Source: Pecten maximus (lineage: Eukaryota). Taken from it: DNA of 64,000 bases. Location of the stretch: NCBI RefSeq assembly GCF_902652985.1, contig NC_047022.1, positions 35,650,001-35,714,000 of the forward strand, given 5' to 3'. Both the position numbers and the translations under genes were made by a program. Under the pieces are notes generated by a model that was given only the letters and a program-made list of their open reading frames with translations, was not told where the DNA came from and made no database searches. Each line of letters opens with the position of its first letter. The stretch's first letter is position 1. Below are positions 63,801 through 64,000 of the stretch, one piece after another.

Positions 63801-64000
63801 CAAAGCGAACATTTGTATTCACCTCATTGAACTTGCAATTTTTCCAATCGAAGCGAAGATGGATATATTGGTTATACAAAATACTCACTTGACGTTAACT
63901 TTTCATGCACAGATTCTCCGATAACAGCAGAAAACGCTTAAATTGCGTTGATCAGTCCTTTCAAAATGGCGCCGTCAAGTTGACGTGGAACAACGTCACA

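Overview
AT-rich, repeat-dense eukaryotic genomic DNA with GT-AG introns. The repeat complement (Helentron-associated HINEs, V-domain tRNA SINEs, CR1/L2-like LINEs) suggests a bivalve mollusc (inference). Five host genes could be assembled by hand: an intact 5-exon cytosolic sulfotransferase (+, 2564-15268, 297 aa); two tandem BTB-BACK-PHR paralogues (-, 35056-37233 and 51530-53086); a 3-exon secreted protein resembling a bacterial beta-propeller family, with one frameshift (+, 55099-57129, horizontal-transfer candidate); and the first three coding exons of an SLC13 transporter (+, from 60395, running off the window). The rest is transposons and minisatellites, including a four-level nested stack at 23.5-30 kb. 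The most notable observations are: (1) the intron-containing bacterial-like secreted gene; (2) four unrelated-sequence elements sharing one architecture (a long hairpin at one end plus short subterminal inverted repeats), one carrying a Crypton/DUF3504 tyrosine-recombinase-like remnant; (3) a ~150-nt module in the 3' UTR of two diverged LINE copies whose closing stem shows compensatory base changes. Most ORFs in the supplied track are spurious. Family assignments come from motif recognition, not database searches.
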